Part shown: piece by piece, positions 1-8,971 of the stretch
Position numbering within the stretch: position 1 is the first letter of the stretch
How the letters are laid out: each line of letters opens with the position of its first letter
Assembly: GCA_025925475.1 (NCBI GenBank)
Contig: JAICLP010000001.1
Coordinates: 1 to 46,866, forward strand
From: Burkholderiales bacterium
GTDB taxonomy: Bacteria > Pseudomonadota > Gammaproteobacteria > Burkholderiales > Casimicrobiaceae
Direction of reading: 5' to 3'
DNA: 46,866 nt
Position numbers and translations under genes: made by a program
The notes under the pieces: generated by a model
What the model was told of the DNA's origin: nothing
Database searches by the model: none
What the model saw: only the letters and a program-made list of their open reading frames with translations

Positions 1-103
1 CGAGGTCCCCGTACTTCAGGTGAAAATCGCCGAGATGCTCGGCCGCCTCGACGAGCTCCAGGATCGCTTCGACGTCGGCGCGGGTGAGCTTGGTGTCGCT
101 CAT
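1..103 (-). CDS. Biotin carboxyl carrier protein (AccB-like), N-terminal part; runs off the window edge
   Basis: Read by hand from ATG at 103: MSDTKLTRADVEAILELVEAAEHLGDFHLKYGDL..., a typical BCCP N-terminus, directly downstream of a carboxyltransferase that lacks its own biotinyl domain. Confidence 0.65.
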   Translation of the reverse strand, partial: MSDTKLTRADVEAILELVEAAEHLGDFHLKYGDL

Positions 104-131
104 GCTCGTCTCGAGGTTCTGAACGGATTGG

Positions 132-1655
132 CTACGACGACGTACTGATCTCGAAGTCGCCCTTGCGGATATGAACGCGGCCGGGCTTCCTGCGATGGAC
201 GAGCTTGTCGACGAGATCGACGATCGGAGACGATGCGCTGTACGTCGTGTCCATCGGCTGTGCGGCGAGCATTTCGTCGACCTGCGTGCCGGCGAGCATG
301 AAGCGCAAAAGCCGCTCGTCGTCGTCGGCATTCGGATATTTCGCGCGCAGCGCGTCGACGGCGGGGGGAAGCGGCTGCGGCGTCAGCGCGATGTCGCGCG
401 ATCCGTTCTCGACGATCCGGTCGAGCGCGTCGGGATCGACGGGCCCGAGCAGCTTGCCGTAATAGCCGAGCGCGTACTTCTTGACCTCGTTCGGCACGAT
501 CCGGTAGCGCTCGCCGTGCACGACGTTGAGCACCGCCTGCGTGCCGACGAACTGCGAGAACGGCGTGATCATGATCGGATAGGCGAGCTCACGGCGCACG
601 CGCGCGCATTCGCGCAGCAGCTCGTCGAACTTGTCGGAGAGTCCCGCGACCGCGAGTTGCGCGCGGAAGTTGCTGAGCATTCCACCGGGAATCTGGTGCT
701 CGTAGTGAAACGCGTCGTATTCGAGCGGCACGCCGACCGGCTTGGCTTCGCGCTCGGCGATCTGCTGGAAGTGCGCGCCGATCTCGTCGATCAGCCCGTC
801 GTCGACGTCGACGCGGTAGCCCTGCTCGCGCAGGTTGCGCGCGACCGTCTGCACCGCGGGCTGCGCAGCGCCATTGGCGAGCGGCTTGATCGACAGATGC
901 AGCTGGTCGCAGCCGAGCCGCGCTCCTTCGAGATAGACGAGCGGCGCAAGCCCGGTGAGGCAATGGCTGTGCAACTCGAGCGGGCGGTCGCGCACGACTT
1001 CGCGCAGCGCCGGCACGAGCGTGCGGATGCGGTCGACGGTCAGCAGGCCGCCCGCGTCCTTGATCATGATCGCGTCGACGTTCGCGCGCTCGATCAGCGC
1101 CTTCGCCGTGCGCACGAACAGCGCGTCGTTGTGCACCGGGCTCTCGCAGTACGAAAGCGCGCCGAACGTGTAGGCGCCGAGCTGCTTCGCGCGACACAGG
1201 CCCTTGACGATGTTGTCGACGTCGTTCAGCCCGTCGAACGCGCCGATGACGCGAAAGCCGTTCGCGTAGAGGCGATCGACCCACAGGTCGATGATGTCGT
1301 CGGGGAGGAAGTCGAACGCCACGATGTTCTTGCTGCGAATCAGCGAGCGGAAGCGCGTGTTCGGCGCGCCGGCGTGCACGCGGCGCACACGCTCCCACGG
1401 GTTCTCCTTCAGGTAGCGCACGCAGACGTCGAACTGGATCGTGCCCATCAGGTCGACCGACTCGAACCCGGCGCGATCGAACTTGTCGAGCACGGGCAGC
1501 ATGTGCGCGGTGCGCATGCGAGTCGCCCAGAGGCACTGGTGCGCATCGCGCAGCGTCGTATCGATCACGCGGATTTCGCGCGCCGGCGACTGCGATGCGA
1601 TCGCGGGAGTCGCGCCTTCGGCAACGCGCGCCCCATCATCCACGCTGCCTCTCAT
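132..1655 (-). CDS. Pyruvate/oxaloacetate carboxyltransferase subunit (PycB/OadA-like, HMGL-like TIM barrel), no biotinyl domain
   Basis: DTTLRDAHQ, ENPWERVR, IKDAGG, HSH metal motif, HQIPGGMLSN and YPIMITPFSQFVGTQA; no C-terminal EAMKM motif. Confidence 0.9.
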   Translation of the reverse strand: MRGSVDDGARVAEGATPAIASQSPAREIRVIDTTLRDAHQCLWATRMRTAHMLPVLDKFDRAGFESVDLMGTIQFDVCVRYLKENPWERVRRVHAGAPNTRFRSLIRSKNIVAFDFLPDDIIDLWVDRLYANGFRVIGAFDGLNDVDNIVKGLCRAKQLGAYTFGALSYCESPVHNDALFVRTAKALIERANVDAIMIKDAGGLLTVDRIRTLVPALREVVRDRPLELHSHCLTGLAPLVYLEGARLGCDQLHLSIKPLANGAAQPAVQTVARNLREQGYRVDVDDGLIDEIGAHFQQIAEREAKPVGVPLEYDAFHYEHQIPGGMLSNFRAQLAVAGLSDKFDELLRECARVRRELAYPIMITPFSQFVGTQAVLNVVHGERYRIVPNEVKKYALGYYGKLLGPVDPDALDRIVENGSRDIALTPQPLPPAVDALRAKYPNADDDERLLRFMLAGTQVDEMLAAQPMDTTYSASSPIVDLVDKLVHRRKPGRVHIRKGDFEISTSS

Positions 1656-2101
1656 CGACCGTCTCCTCGCGGCTGCACCCGCGCAATCGTCAGTGCCTGC
1701 GGATCGACCCGCACCCAGTCACCGGTGCGGATGACGTCACGCGGATGTCGATCCCAACCTTCGGTGATCGTGATCCCGGCGAAGATCGCACCCTGCACCA
1801 TCACGGGATTGGCGATCCCGAAGATGAACGCCTTCGGCGCGATGCCCTTCCCCTTGATGTCGTTGAACGCCCATCCCGCCGCGATGCCGCCTTTCGCGGT
1901 CGGAAAGAAGCAGATCCTGTCCTTGATGCTGATGCCTTCGAGCTTGTGTCCCGGCTTCGTGATGATGCCGCTCCAGCGGTCGAGATCGTAGCGCGGCGAG
2001 AAACCCTCCTCCGACACGACCGCCTCGCCTTCGACGACGGGGCCGAAGGCACGCTCGACGCGCAGCAGAATGGCCATGTCCTGATCGATGCCGACGCTCA
2101 C
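1652..2101 (-). CDS. Aconitase X small (swivel, DUF126) subunit
   Basis: 3' part of ORF 1652..3082: GPVVEGEAVVSEEGFS...GHKLEGISIKDRICFFPTAKGG...IRTGDWVRVD. GTG start at 2101 overlaps the upstream stop (alternative ATG at 2077). Confidence 0.85.
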   Translation of the reverse strand: MSVGIDQDMAILLRVERAFGPVVEGEAVVSEEGFSPRYDLDRWSGIITKPGHKLEGISIKDRICFFPTAKGGIAAGWAFNDIKGKGIAPKAFIFGIANPVMVQGAIFAGITITEGWDRHPRDVIRTGDWVRVDPQALTIARVQPRGDGR

Positions 2102-3339
2102 TTCAGTTCCCCGCTGCACGCGATATCGACGCATTGCACGGTCGGCCGCAGGATCGTGTTGAATCGGTGCGCGCCGATGATGTTCACGATCTTCGCCGAA
2201 TTCGAGACCATGTTGCGCCAGCCGTTGGCGACCCGCATGGGCGTCAAGTTCTGCAGGATATAGAAGCACACGCCTTCGAGCAGCGTCACGCCGGCGCGCT
2301 CCAGCACTTCCGCATAGCCGAGCTTCCGCGCCTGCGCGAGGATGGCGCCGTTCGTCGTGATGAAGCAGCTGGAGCCCTGGGCAACGTGCCGAGCGTCGAA
2401 GAGCTCGGCGAGGCGCCGCATCTCGAGCAGCGATTGCTGCGGACCGCTGAACACGACGAGCCGCGCGTCGCCGTCGCCGAGCGAATAGCTCGCATAGACG
2501 CGCTCGAGGTCCGCTGCACCGATGACCATTGCTTCCGACGGCTGGCGTCCGCCGAGCGCCGCCTCGACGCTCGGCGCTTCCGGCGTGACGCCGACGAAAT
2601 GGAACATGGCCATCGAACCGTAGCTTGCGAGTGCTGCGCCGAGATGCTTGAGGTCGTCGGCCGTCGGCACGCCCGCGTAACCGTGAAAGACCGGCACCGC
2701 GTAGTAATCCTGATGCGACTCGCCGACGAGCTTGCCCACGGCGCCCCAGTCGGCGACATCGCGAAGCGGCGCGTCGAGCCGCACGGTGAACGTGCCGCGC
2801 CGATGCTCGTCGACATGGAATCCGTATTCGAGCGTACGTCCGGTCAGTGCGGCGGCAAGCGCGGCGGGCCCCGATTCGAAGTTCGAGCGTGCGCCGAACA
2901 CCGAGTTGGCATAGATGACCGTACCGGTGTCGCCCCATGCGACGTGCTCGCCGAGATGCGGCTGATAGACAGTCTGGTAGTTGATGCAGGTATCGGTCGT
3001 GATGACACCCATGCTGCGCAGGTAATCGATCAGCTCGCGCTCCTTCGCGACCTCCGCCGGATCCTGTCCCATCCGTTCGCATTGCGCGAAATCGATGCAG
3101 CGCGCGTTCGTCGTCGTGCCGACGGCGCAGCGCGCACCCAGCGCTGCCTCGTCGCGAAGATAGCGCAATCCCGCATCGCCCATCACTTCGATGTCGCCCA
3201 TCATGTGCACGTTCGTGACCGGCACGAATCGCTTCGCACCGCAGAACTTGCCAAGCTCCACCTGGTATTCGAGCGCGCGCTTCGGTGCCTCGCCGCGTTG
3301 GCCCGCGAGGATCGCTCGTTCTTCGGAAGTCAGTTCCAC
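2098..3339 (-). CDS. Aconitase X large/catalytic subunit (DUF521)
   Basis: MELTSEERAILAGQRGE N-terminus, TCINYQ, GEHVAWGDTGTVIYANSVFGARSNFE, LKHLGAALASYGSMAMFHFVGVTPEA, SNSAK. Confidence 0.9.
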   Translation of the reverse strand: MELTSEERAILAGQRGEAPKRALEYQVELGKFCGAKRFVPVTNVHMMGDIEVMGDAGLRYLRDEAALGARCAVGTTTNARCIDFAQCERMGQDPAEVAKERELIDYLRSMGVITTDTCINYQTVYQPHLGEHVAWGDTGTVIYANSVFGARSNFESGPAALAAALTGRTLEYGFHVDEHRRGTFTVRLDAPLRDVADWGAVGKLVGESHQDYYAVPVFHGYAGVPTADDLKHLGAALASYGSMAMFHFVGVTPEAPSVEAALGGRQPSEAMVIGAADLERVYASYSLGDGDARLVVFSGPQQSLLEMRRLAELFDARHVAQGSSCFITTNGAILAQARKLGYAEVLERAGVTLLEGVCFYILQNLTPMRVANGWRNMVSNSAKIVNIIGAHRFNTILRPTVQCVDIACSGELK

Positions 3340-3390
3340 GTCGTTCGCTTCGCTTTCGTTTGCACGTTCACAATAGTCGGGACTGGCGCA

Positions 3391-4308
3391 TCATGCTTCG
3401 GCGCTCGGCGGCAGGTGCTCGGCACGGCTCACGTCCTCGAGCAGGAGCAGCATCGCGGTCCAGTCTTCGTCGGCTCGTCCCCAGGGGCGCGCGAGCGAGA
3501 ACATCTCGCGGGCGACGGCGCCGAGCAAAAGTGGCGCGCCGAGCTCGGCGCCGAGGCTCAATGCGTGGGTCACGTCCTTGTGTGCCATGCGCAGCGGGAA
3601 GCCAGGCGTCAAATCGCCGGCCAGCACCTTCTTCGGGTAGTTGACGATGAGCTGGCCGCGGCCGGCGGTCGTGCTGCTCAACACCTTCACCGTGGCTGCG
3701 CGGTCGAGGCCCGCCTTGTTCGCGAGCGTCAACGCCTCGGCGGTCAACAGCGCGCCAACCGTCGCCATGTAATTGTTGACGAGCTTGAGCTTGATGCCAT
3801 GGCCGCGCGGTCCCGCGTGCACGATCGTGTCGCCGAGGCATTCGAACAAGGGCCGCGCTTCGGCAATGTCGTCGTCGTCCCCGCCAGCGATGATCAACAG
3901 CGTTCCGGCCGCAGCGTCGTGCGGCGTACGCCCGACCGGCGCGTCGATCGTCCGATAACCGCGGCGGGTGAGCTCGTCGCCGAGCACGATGCTCGCCGAG
4001 GCGCTGATCGTGCTCATGTCGATGACGAGACGACCCTGCGCGAGCGATGCACAGGCGCCGTCGTCGCCGAGGAGCGCCTGGCGCACATGCTCGGAATCGG
4101 GCAGCATCGTGATGACGACATCCGCACCCATCGCAGCATCGGCGGCCGACAGCGCGACCCGGCAGTTGCCGCCGCGAAAAGGAGCGAGTGCGCGCCCCGA
4201 CGCGTCGTAGACGGCGACCGTGTGCCCGGCGCGCGCGAGATTGCGCGCCATGGGTGCACCCATCACGCCGACGCCCAGGAATCCGACTTTCATCATGCCC
4301 GGCGTCAC
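3391..4308 (-). CDS. beta-hydroxyacid dehydrogenase family, YihU (sulfolactaldehyde reductase)-like
   Basis: GFLGVGVMGAPMA Rossmann motif, DMSTI, DAPVGRT, KLVNNYM, KVLAGDLTPGF, AHKD. Confidence 0.85.
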   Translation of the reverse strand: MTPGMMKVGFLGVGVMGAPMARNLARAGHTVAVYDASGRALAPFRGGNCRVALSAADAAMGADVVITMLPDSEHVRQALLGDDGACASLAQGRLVIDMSTISASASIVLGDELTRRGYRTIDAPVGRTPHDAAAGTLLIIAGGDDDDIAEARPLFECLGDTIVHAGPRGHGIKLKLVNNYMATVGALLTAEALTLANKAGLDRAATVKVLSSTTAGRGQLIVNYPKKVLAGDLTPGFPLRMAHKDVTHALSLGAELGAPLLLGAVAREMFSLARPWGRADEDWTAMLLLLEDVSRAEHLPPSAEA

Positions 4309-5108
4309 GCCGTCTGCAGGACGCGCGACTCCCTGTCGCGCGTCCGGCTATGGTTGAACGGCTGGATGCCGCTGCTGATCTGCAAGGGTCCCGAGACGTT
4401 CAGGCGAAACTCGTACGTTTCCGGAACGATGAAGAAACGGCTGCACTCGATTGGCCGGTCCGATTTCGCGATCGATGCGCGCTCCATGACGAGCACCGGC
4501 CGTCCGGGCGCAAGCTTCAGCAGGGCGCCGATCCGCTTGCCGACTGCCCTCGCGCGAATGCCGATGTCGGCTCTGACGACCTGCTCGCCGATCACGTCGC
4601 GCAACAGCTGGTAGATCGTGTGCGTCTCCATCTGCTCGCGCGAGACCGAAGTGCCGTCGACGACGATGATCGCGTCGACGACCGCGAACGCCTGCGCATG
4701 CAGCTTGTAGAGGCGGCGCATCGCGACCGAGCGCCGGGTATCGCCTTCGAACGCGGTCGAAGCCCGGTCGGCGGGCGTCGCGACGCGGAAATCGAGCAGC
4801 TGCGTGCTCGGCCGCAATCCCTGCGCGATCAGCGAGTCGTAGAACCCCGTCAGGTTGTCGAGGCCATGGCGGACGACGGAGCCGGTGACGAACGTCCCCT
4901 TGCCCTGCTTGACCTCGATCAGCCCCTTCTTGTGGAGCAGCGCGATCGCCTGGCGGACGGTGACGCGGCTCACCGCGTGCTTCGCCATCAGCGCCTGCTC
5001 CGAGGGCAGGCGGTCGAATGCAGCGTAACGACCGCCGGCGATCTCACGCTCGAGCGCCTCGGCAAGTTGCACGTACAGCGATTCGAGGCGGTCGCGACGC
5101 AGGGGCAT
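4305..5108 (-). CDS. GntR family regulator, HutC/UTRA type
   Basis: LYVQLAEALEREI...RLPSEQALMAKHAVSRVTVRQAI...GKGTFV winged HTH plus UTRA-like C-terminus; ATG at 5108 (the longer ORF extension overlaps the divergent gene). Confidence 0.9.
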   Translation of the reverse strand: MPLRRDRLESLYVQLAEALEREIAGGRYAAFDRLPSEQALMAKHAVSRVTVRQAIALLHKKGLIEVKQGKGTFVTGSVVRHGLDNLTGFYDSLIAQGLRPSTQLLDFRVATPADRASTAFEGDTRRSVAMRRLYKLHAQAFAVVDAIIVVDGTSVSREQMETHTIYQLLRDVIGEQVVRADIGIRARAVGKRIGALLKLAPGRPVLVMERASIAKSDRPIECSRFFIVPETYEFRLNVSGPLQISSGIQPFNHSRTRDRESRVLQTA

Positions 5109-5139
5109 CGTGCTGCAAGACGTTCGTTGACGTGTTAAT

Positions 5140-5168
5140 ACGTTATAGGACGGCTTGCGTTTCGTCAA
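5140..5168 (-). promoter_or_regulatory. Possible sigma70 promoter for the GntR/AcnX operon
   Basis: Minus strand TTGACG (5168-5163), 17 bp, TAACGT (5145-5140), within an AT-rich patch that includes the near-palindrome CGTGTTAATACG (5131-5142). Confidence 0.4.
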
Positions 5169-5180
5169 TGCAGCGAACGG

Positions 5181-5192
5181 ATTGGATGCAAG
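5181..5192. promoter_or_regulatory. Shared operator box copy 1 (ATTGGATGCAAG; reverse complement CTTGCATCCAAT)
   Basis: Matches the boxes at 6987 and 14081; lies upstream of the OCD-family gene. Confidence 0.55.
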
Positions 5193-5262
5193 TTGCGATT
5201 CGTTGCATCGCCGCATGACAGCTGCGCGGACCTGCGCGAGCGTAAGATGCGGCTCGAAAATC

Positions 5263-6216
5263 ATGCGCACGCTCTCTGCCGACGACATCGCGCGAGTCTT
5301 GCCGATGCGAGACGCGGTCGACGTCCTCGCAGACGCCTTTCGCGCGATTTCGCAACGCGAAGGCCAATACCCGGCAAGGATGCACGTCGCAATCGCGGGC
5401 GGCGATGCGCTCGTCATGCCCGGATACGACGGACGCGCGCATTTCGGCGTCAAGGTCGCGACGATCCATCCGGGGAACCTCGTCGCCGGCAAGCCGGGGA
5501 CGCGCGCCACGTATCTGCTGCTCGACGCGCAGGACGGCGAGCCGCTGCTGCTTTGCGATGGGACGGCGCTCACGGCGCTGCGCACCGGTGCCGCGAGCGG
5601 CCTCGCGACGCGCCGCCTCGCGCGTGCCGGGGCGACGAAGCTCGCGCTGTTCGGTGTGGGTAGCCAGGCCTGCGCGCAGCTCGATGCGATGTTCGCCGTG
5701 CGCGCGATTGCCGACGTTGGCGTCGTCAGCCGCGATCCGAAGCGCGCCGAAACGTTCGTCTCCACCGCGCGTTCGCGCTACCCGCATGCGCGCATCGAAC
5801 GAGCCGATGCCGCAAGCGCCGCGTCGCACGCGGACATCATCGTGACGGCAACGAATTCGCAGGTGCCGGTGCTTCAGGCGAGCTGGGTCAAGCCGGGCAC
5901 GCACGTCAACGCGATCGGCTCCTTTCGCCCCGACATGCGCGAGCTCGATCCTGCCCTGCTTCGCCGGGCTCGGCTCGTCGTCGACGACCGCAGCTCGGCG
6001 CTCGTCGAGTCGGGCGAGGTCATCGAGGCGCTGCACAATGGCTACGTCGACGGGAGCAGCATTGCGGAGCTTGGCGAAATCGACGAAAACGCGCGGAGAT
6101 CCGACGACGAAATCACGGTGTTCAAGACCGTGGGCCATGCCGCGCTCGATCTCTTCGCTGCGGTACGGCTGCTGCAGGCGTGTCCCCGGCATGAGCACGG
6201 GAACTGCGCCGGGTGA
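5263..6216 (+). CDS. Ornithine cyclodeaminase/mu-crystallin family (probable Delta1-pyrroline-2-carboxylate reductase)
   Basis: LVMPGY, GVKVATIHPGN, LTALRTGAASGLA, GVGSQA, GTHVNAIGS, ITVFKTVGHAALD; ATG at 5263. Confidence 0.9.
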   Translation: MRTLSADDIARVLPMRDAVDVLADAFRAISQREGQYPARMHVAIAGGDALVMPGYDGRAHFGVKVATIHPGNLVAGKPGTRATYLLLDAQDGEPLLLCDGTALTALRTGAASGLATRRLARAGATKLALFGVGSQACAQLDAMFAVRAIADVGVVSRDPKRAETFVSTARSRYPHARIERADAASAASHADIIVTATNSQVPVLQASWVKPGTHVNAIGSFRPDMRELDPALLRRARLVVDDRSSALVESGEVIEALHNGYVDGSSIAELGEIDENARRSDDEITVFKTVGHAALDLFAAVRLLQACPRHEHGNCAG

Positions 6217-6227
6217 CTCGAGGCGCG

Positions 6228-6950
6228 CTAGCTTGGCGTGCGCCTGCCCGCTCGCCTGTTCGATGCTTTTGGGGCGCCTGAGGCGGGTCCCTTCAGTCGC
6301 GCCATTACGTCATCGTAAGCGCCGGTTATGTGACGCTTGATGAGTTTGGAAGCCGCCACAGATCGCTTCGTCTTGAACGCTTCGAATATCGCGCGGTGAT
6401 CGTCGAGAGCCTTGGCCTTCGCTTCCGCCCGATCGATCTGCAGCCGCAAATAGCGATCGGTGGCCGCATAAAGCGAAAGCAGAATCGACATCATGCGCGG
6501 GCGCCGGGCGGGCTCGCACATTGCCGTATGAAATGCCCAGTTCAAGCGGCTCAATGTCTCGGGTTCCGAGCCGTTACGGACTGCTTGCTCGTACTCGACA
6601 AGGCAGCGCCCGATCCGCGCAACGTCGTCGCCGTTCGCAGCGACCACCGCCTTCTTCAGCAATATCGACTCGAGCACCAGTCGCGCCTCGAACAGATCGA
6701 CTGCGTCTTCGGCGCTGAGCGACGCGACAATGGCGCCCTTGTGCGTGTGGATCACGACGAGCCCTTCCGCCTCGAGTTGCAGCAGGGCTTCGCGAATCGG
6801 AATGCGACTCACGCCGAGTTCGGCAGCGACCGCTTCCTGCCTGATCTGCTCGCCGCCGGCGTACCTTCCGCTCACGATGCGCCGACGCAGCTCTTCGGCC
6901 ACCGAGCTCGTCACCGTTTGCCGTTTGATGATCGCCGTGTTGGATCGCAT
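6228..6950 (-). CDS. GntR family regulator, FCD type
   Basis: VAEELRRRIVSGRYAGGEQIRQEAVAAELGVSRIPIREALLQLEAEGLV HTH; FCD motifs LFEARLVLE, NWAFH, DDHRAI; ATG at 6950. Confidence 0.9.
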   Translation of the reverse strand: MRSNTAIIKRQTVTSSVAEELRRRIVSGRYAGGEQIRQEAVAAELGVSRIPIREALLQLEAEGLVVIHTHKGAIVASLSAEDAVDLFEARLVLESILLKKAVVAANGDDVARIGRCLVEYEQAVRNGSEPETLSRLNWAFHTAMCEPARRPRMMSILLSLYAATDRYLRLQIDRAEAKAKALDDHRAIFEAFKTKRSVAASKLIKRHITGAYDDVMARLKGPASGAPKASNRRAGRRTPS

Positions 6951-6968
6951 TTTGCGGAGGAGTTGCGG

Positions 6969-6998
6969 TTGACAGTGCCGCTTGGGATTGTATCCAAT
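6969..6998 (+). promoter_or_regulatory. Promoter (-35 TTGACA) with overlapping operator box copy 2 (ATTGTATCCAAT, 6987-6998)
   Basis: Perfect TTGACA at 6969-6974; near-palindromic box over the expected -10 region, between the divergent GntR and proline-racemase genes. Confidence 0.6.
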
Positions 6999-7051
6999 AT
7001 GCGGCACGTGCCGAGCGACGTCGTTCGCGCACATCGCGAAGGGTTTCCTGC

Positions 7052-8080
7052 ATGAGGCTTGATCGCAACATCACCGTCGTCGGCGCCCACGCCGAAGGCG
7101 AAGTCGGAAGAGTGATCACGGGTGGTGTTCTTCCACCGCGGGGAGCGACGATGTTCGAGCGGATGACGACGCTCGAACGGGAAAGCCCATGGCTCCGCGA
7201 CATGCTCCTCTTCGATCCGCGAGGAAGCGTGAACGCTGCCGTGAACCTCATCACGCCCCCGGGCGATCCCACTGCCGATTTCGGCATGATCGTCATGGAG
7301 TCGGACTACTTTCCTCCGATGTCCGGCTCGAATTTGATCTGTACCGTCACCGTCGCGCTCGAAACCGGCGTCATCTCCGTGCGCGAGCCGGAAACGTTAT
7401 TGCGGGTCGATACCCCGGCGGGCCTCGTCGAAGTTCGTGCACAGTGCCTCGGAGGTCGTTGCAAACGGGTTACCTTCCGCAATGTGGCCTCGTTCGTCAT
7501 GCATCGCAACCGTCCTGTCGAAGTTCCGGGTCTTGGGACAGTTCGGGTGGACGTCGCCTACGGCGGCATGATCTATTGCATCGTCGATGCCGCCGATGTC
7601 GGCTTTTCGCTCGCTCGTTCGGAAGCGCGCGATCTGGTCGAAATCGGCGAGCGCATCAAGTCCGCGGCAGCCGACCAGCTTCCCTCCGTTCATCCCGCCA
7701 ATCCCGACATCCACACGATCAACCAGACCGAATTTGCAGGGCCGATCGAGATCCGCGACGGCGTGAAGACATCGAAAAACGCGGTCGTCGTGTCCCCGGG
7801 ACGGCTGGATCGCTGCCCCTGTGGGACCGGGTCATCCGCGCGTCTCGCGCTCCTGCACGCGCGCGGCGAGTTGTCGCTGGGCGAGCCATTTCGCCATCTT
7901 TCGATTCTCGACACGAGTTTCGATTGCGCGATTGCCGCGACGGCGAAGGCGGGCGACGTAGCGGCCGTCATCCCCGAAATCTCGGGACGCGCATGGCTTA
8001 CGGGCATTTCGCAATACGGCATCGATCCCGAGGACCCGTTCCCGACCGGTTATCGTCTCGGCGATACATGGTTTCGTTGA
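7052..8080 (+). CDS. Proline racemase superfamily protein (hydroxyproline epimerase/dehydratase), Ser/Cys catalytic pair
   Basis: HAEGEVGRVITGG, PMSGSNLIC, VDVAYGG, DRCPCGTGSSAR, ISGRAWLTG. Confidence 0.9.
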   Translation: MRLDRNITVVGAHAEGEVGRVITGGVLPPRGATMFERMTTLERESPWLRDMLLFDPRGSVNAAVNLITPPGDPTADFGMIVMESDYFPPMSGSNLICTVTVALETGVISVREPETLLRVDTPAGLVEVRAQCLGGRCKRVTFRNVASFVMHRNRPVEVPGLGTVRVDVAYGGMIYCIVDAADVGFSLARSEARDLVEIGERIKSAAADQLPSVHPANPDIHTINQTEFAGPIEIRDGVKTSKNAVVVSPGRLDRCPCGTGSSARLALLHARGELSLGEPFRHLSILDTSFDCAIAATAKAGDVAAVIPEISGRAWLTGISQYGIDPEDPFPTGYRLGDTWFR

Positions 8081-8150
8081 CGCGCATGGGCATGCAGAGC
8101 CGATCCACCCGTGACTTGCCCGGAAGTGCAAAACGCCGAGGCTGAATCCA

Positions 8151-8951
8151 ATGAACACGCAAGATAAGCAACTCGCATTGGGATTCGTCGGTACGGGCAC
8201 GATTACGTCGGCGATCGTCGAAGGACTTTGCGCGCATCCCCCGGTGGCGCACCGCATTTGCTTGTCTCCGCGCAATGCGGACGTCGCAACCCGCCTGGTG
8301 ACGCGCTTTCCCGTAGTGCGCATTGCCACATCGAACCAGGACGTGCTCGACGCCAGCGATGCCGTCTTCCTCGCCGTCCGGCCGCAGGTCGCGCGGCCGA
8401 TCCTCGAGGCGCTGCGGTTTCGCCCCGAGCAGCATGTCGTCAGTCTTATCGCAACGTTTTCGCACGCACGCGTCGCCGCCTTGGTCGCACCCGCTCGAAC
8501 CGTGACGTGCGCCGTTCCGCAACCGACGGTCTCGCGAAGGCTCAGCCCGACTGCGATATTTCCGCCGGATCGGTTCGTCACAGCGCTCTTCAACGAGTTG
8601 GGCGTTGCGTTCGAAGCATCGACCGAGGCCGAGTTCCACGCGCTGTTTGCCACCACCGCTGCGATGGCGACGTTCTTCACGCTGCTCGATACGCTCGCCC
8701 ACTGGTTGACGGCGCATGACGTATCGTCGACGGCCGCGCGCGATTACGTCGCGAAGATGTTCCAGGGTCTCGCCGATGTGCCGGGACGATCGGCGTCGTC
8801 GTTCGCTGAACTTGCAGCAGAGTTCAAGACCCGGGGTGGACTGAATGAGCAGTTTGCCAACGCGCTCGCCGAGCGCGGTGTGTTTGCGGCGTGCTCATCG
8901 GCGCTGGACGTAATTCTCCGGCGCATCGTCGAAAGCGAAAATCGTCCATAG
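8151..8951 (+). CDS. Pyrroline-5-carboxylate reductase (ProC)-like protein
   Basis: GFVGTGTITSAIVEGL, SPRN, FLAVRPQ and TRGGLNEQ (TPGG-like motif). Confidence 0.8.
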   Translation: MNTQDKQLALGFVGTGTITSAIVEGLCAHPPVAHRICLSPRNADVATRLVTRFPVVRIATSNQDVLDASDAVFLAVRPQVARPILEALRFRPEQHVVSLIATFSHARVAALVAPARTVTCAVPQPTVSRRLSPTAIFPPDRFVTALFNELGVAFEASTEAEFHALFATTAAMATFFTLLDTLAHWLTAHDVSSTAARDYVAKMFQGLADVPGRSASSFAELAAEFKTRGGLNEQFANALAERGVFAACSSALDVILRRIVESENRP

Positions 8952-8971
8952 ACCAGCAACACTACCGACGA

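Noticed and set aside
171-4614. Long plus-strand ORFs (171..1991, 2134..4614) and similar antisense ORFs throughout, e.g. 14832..16382, 24740..26422, 35011..36657
   Set aside because: Shadow frames opposite well-supported genes in high-GC DNA; Arg/Ala-rich with no motifs.
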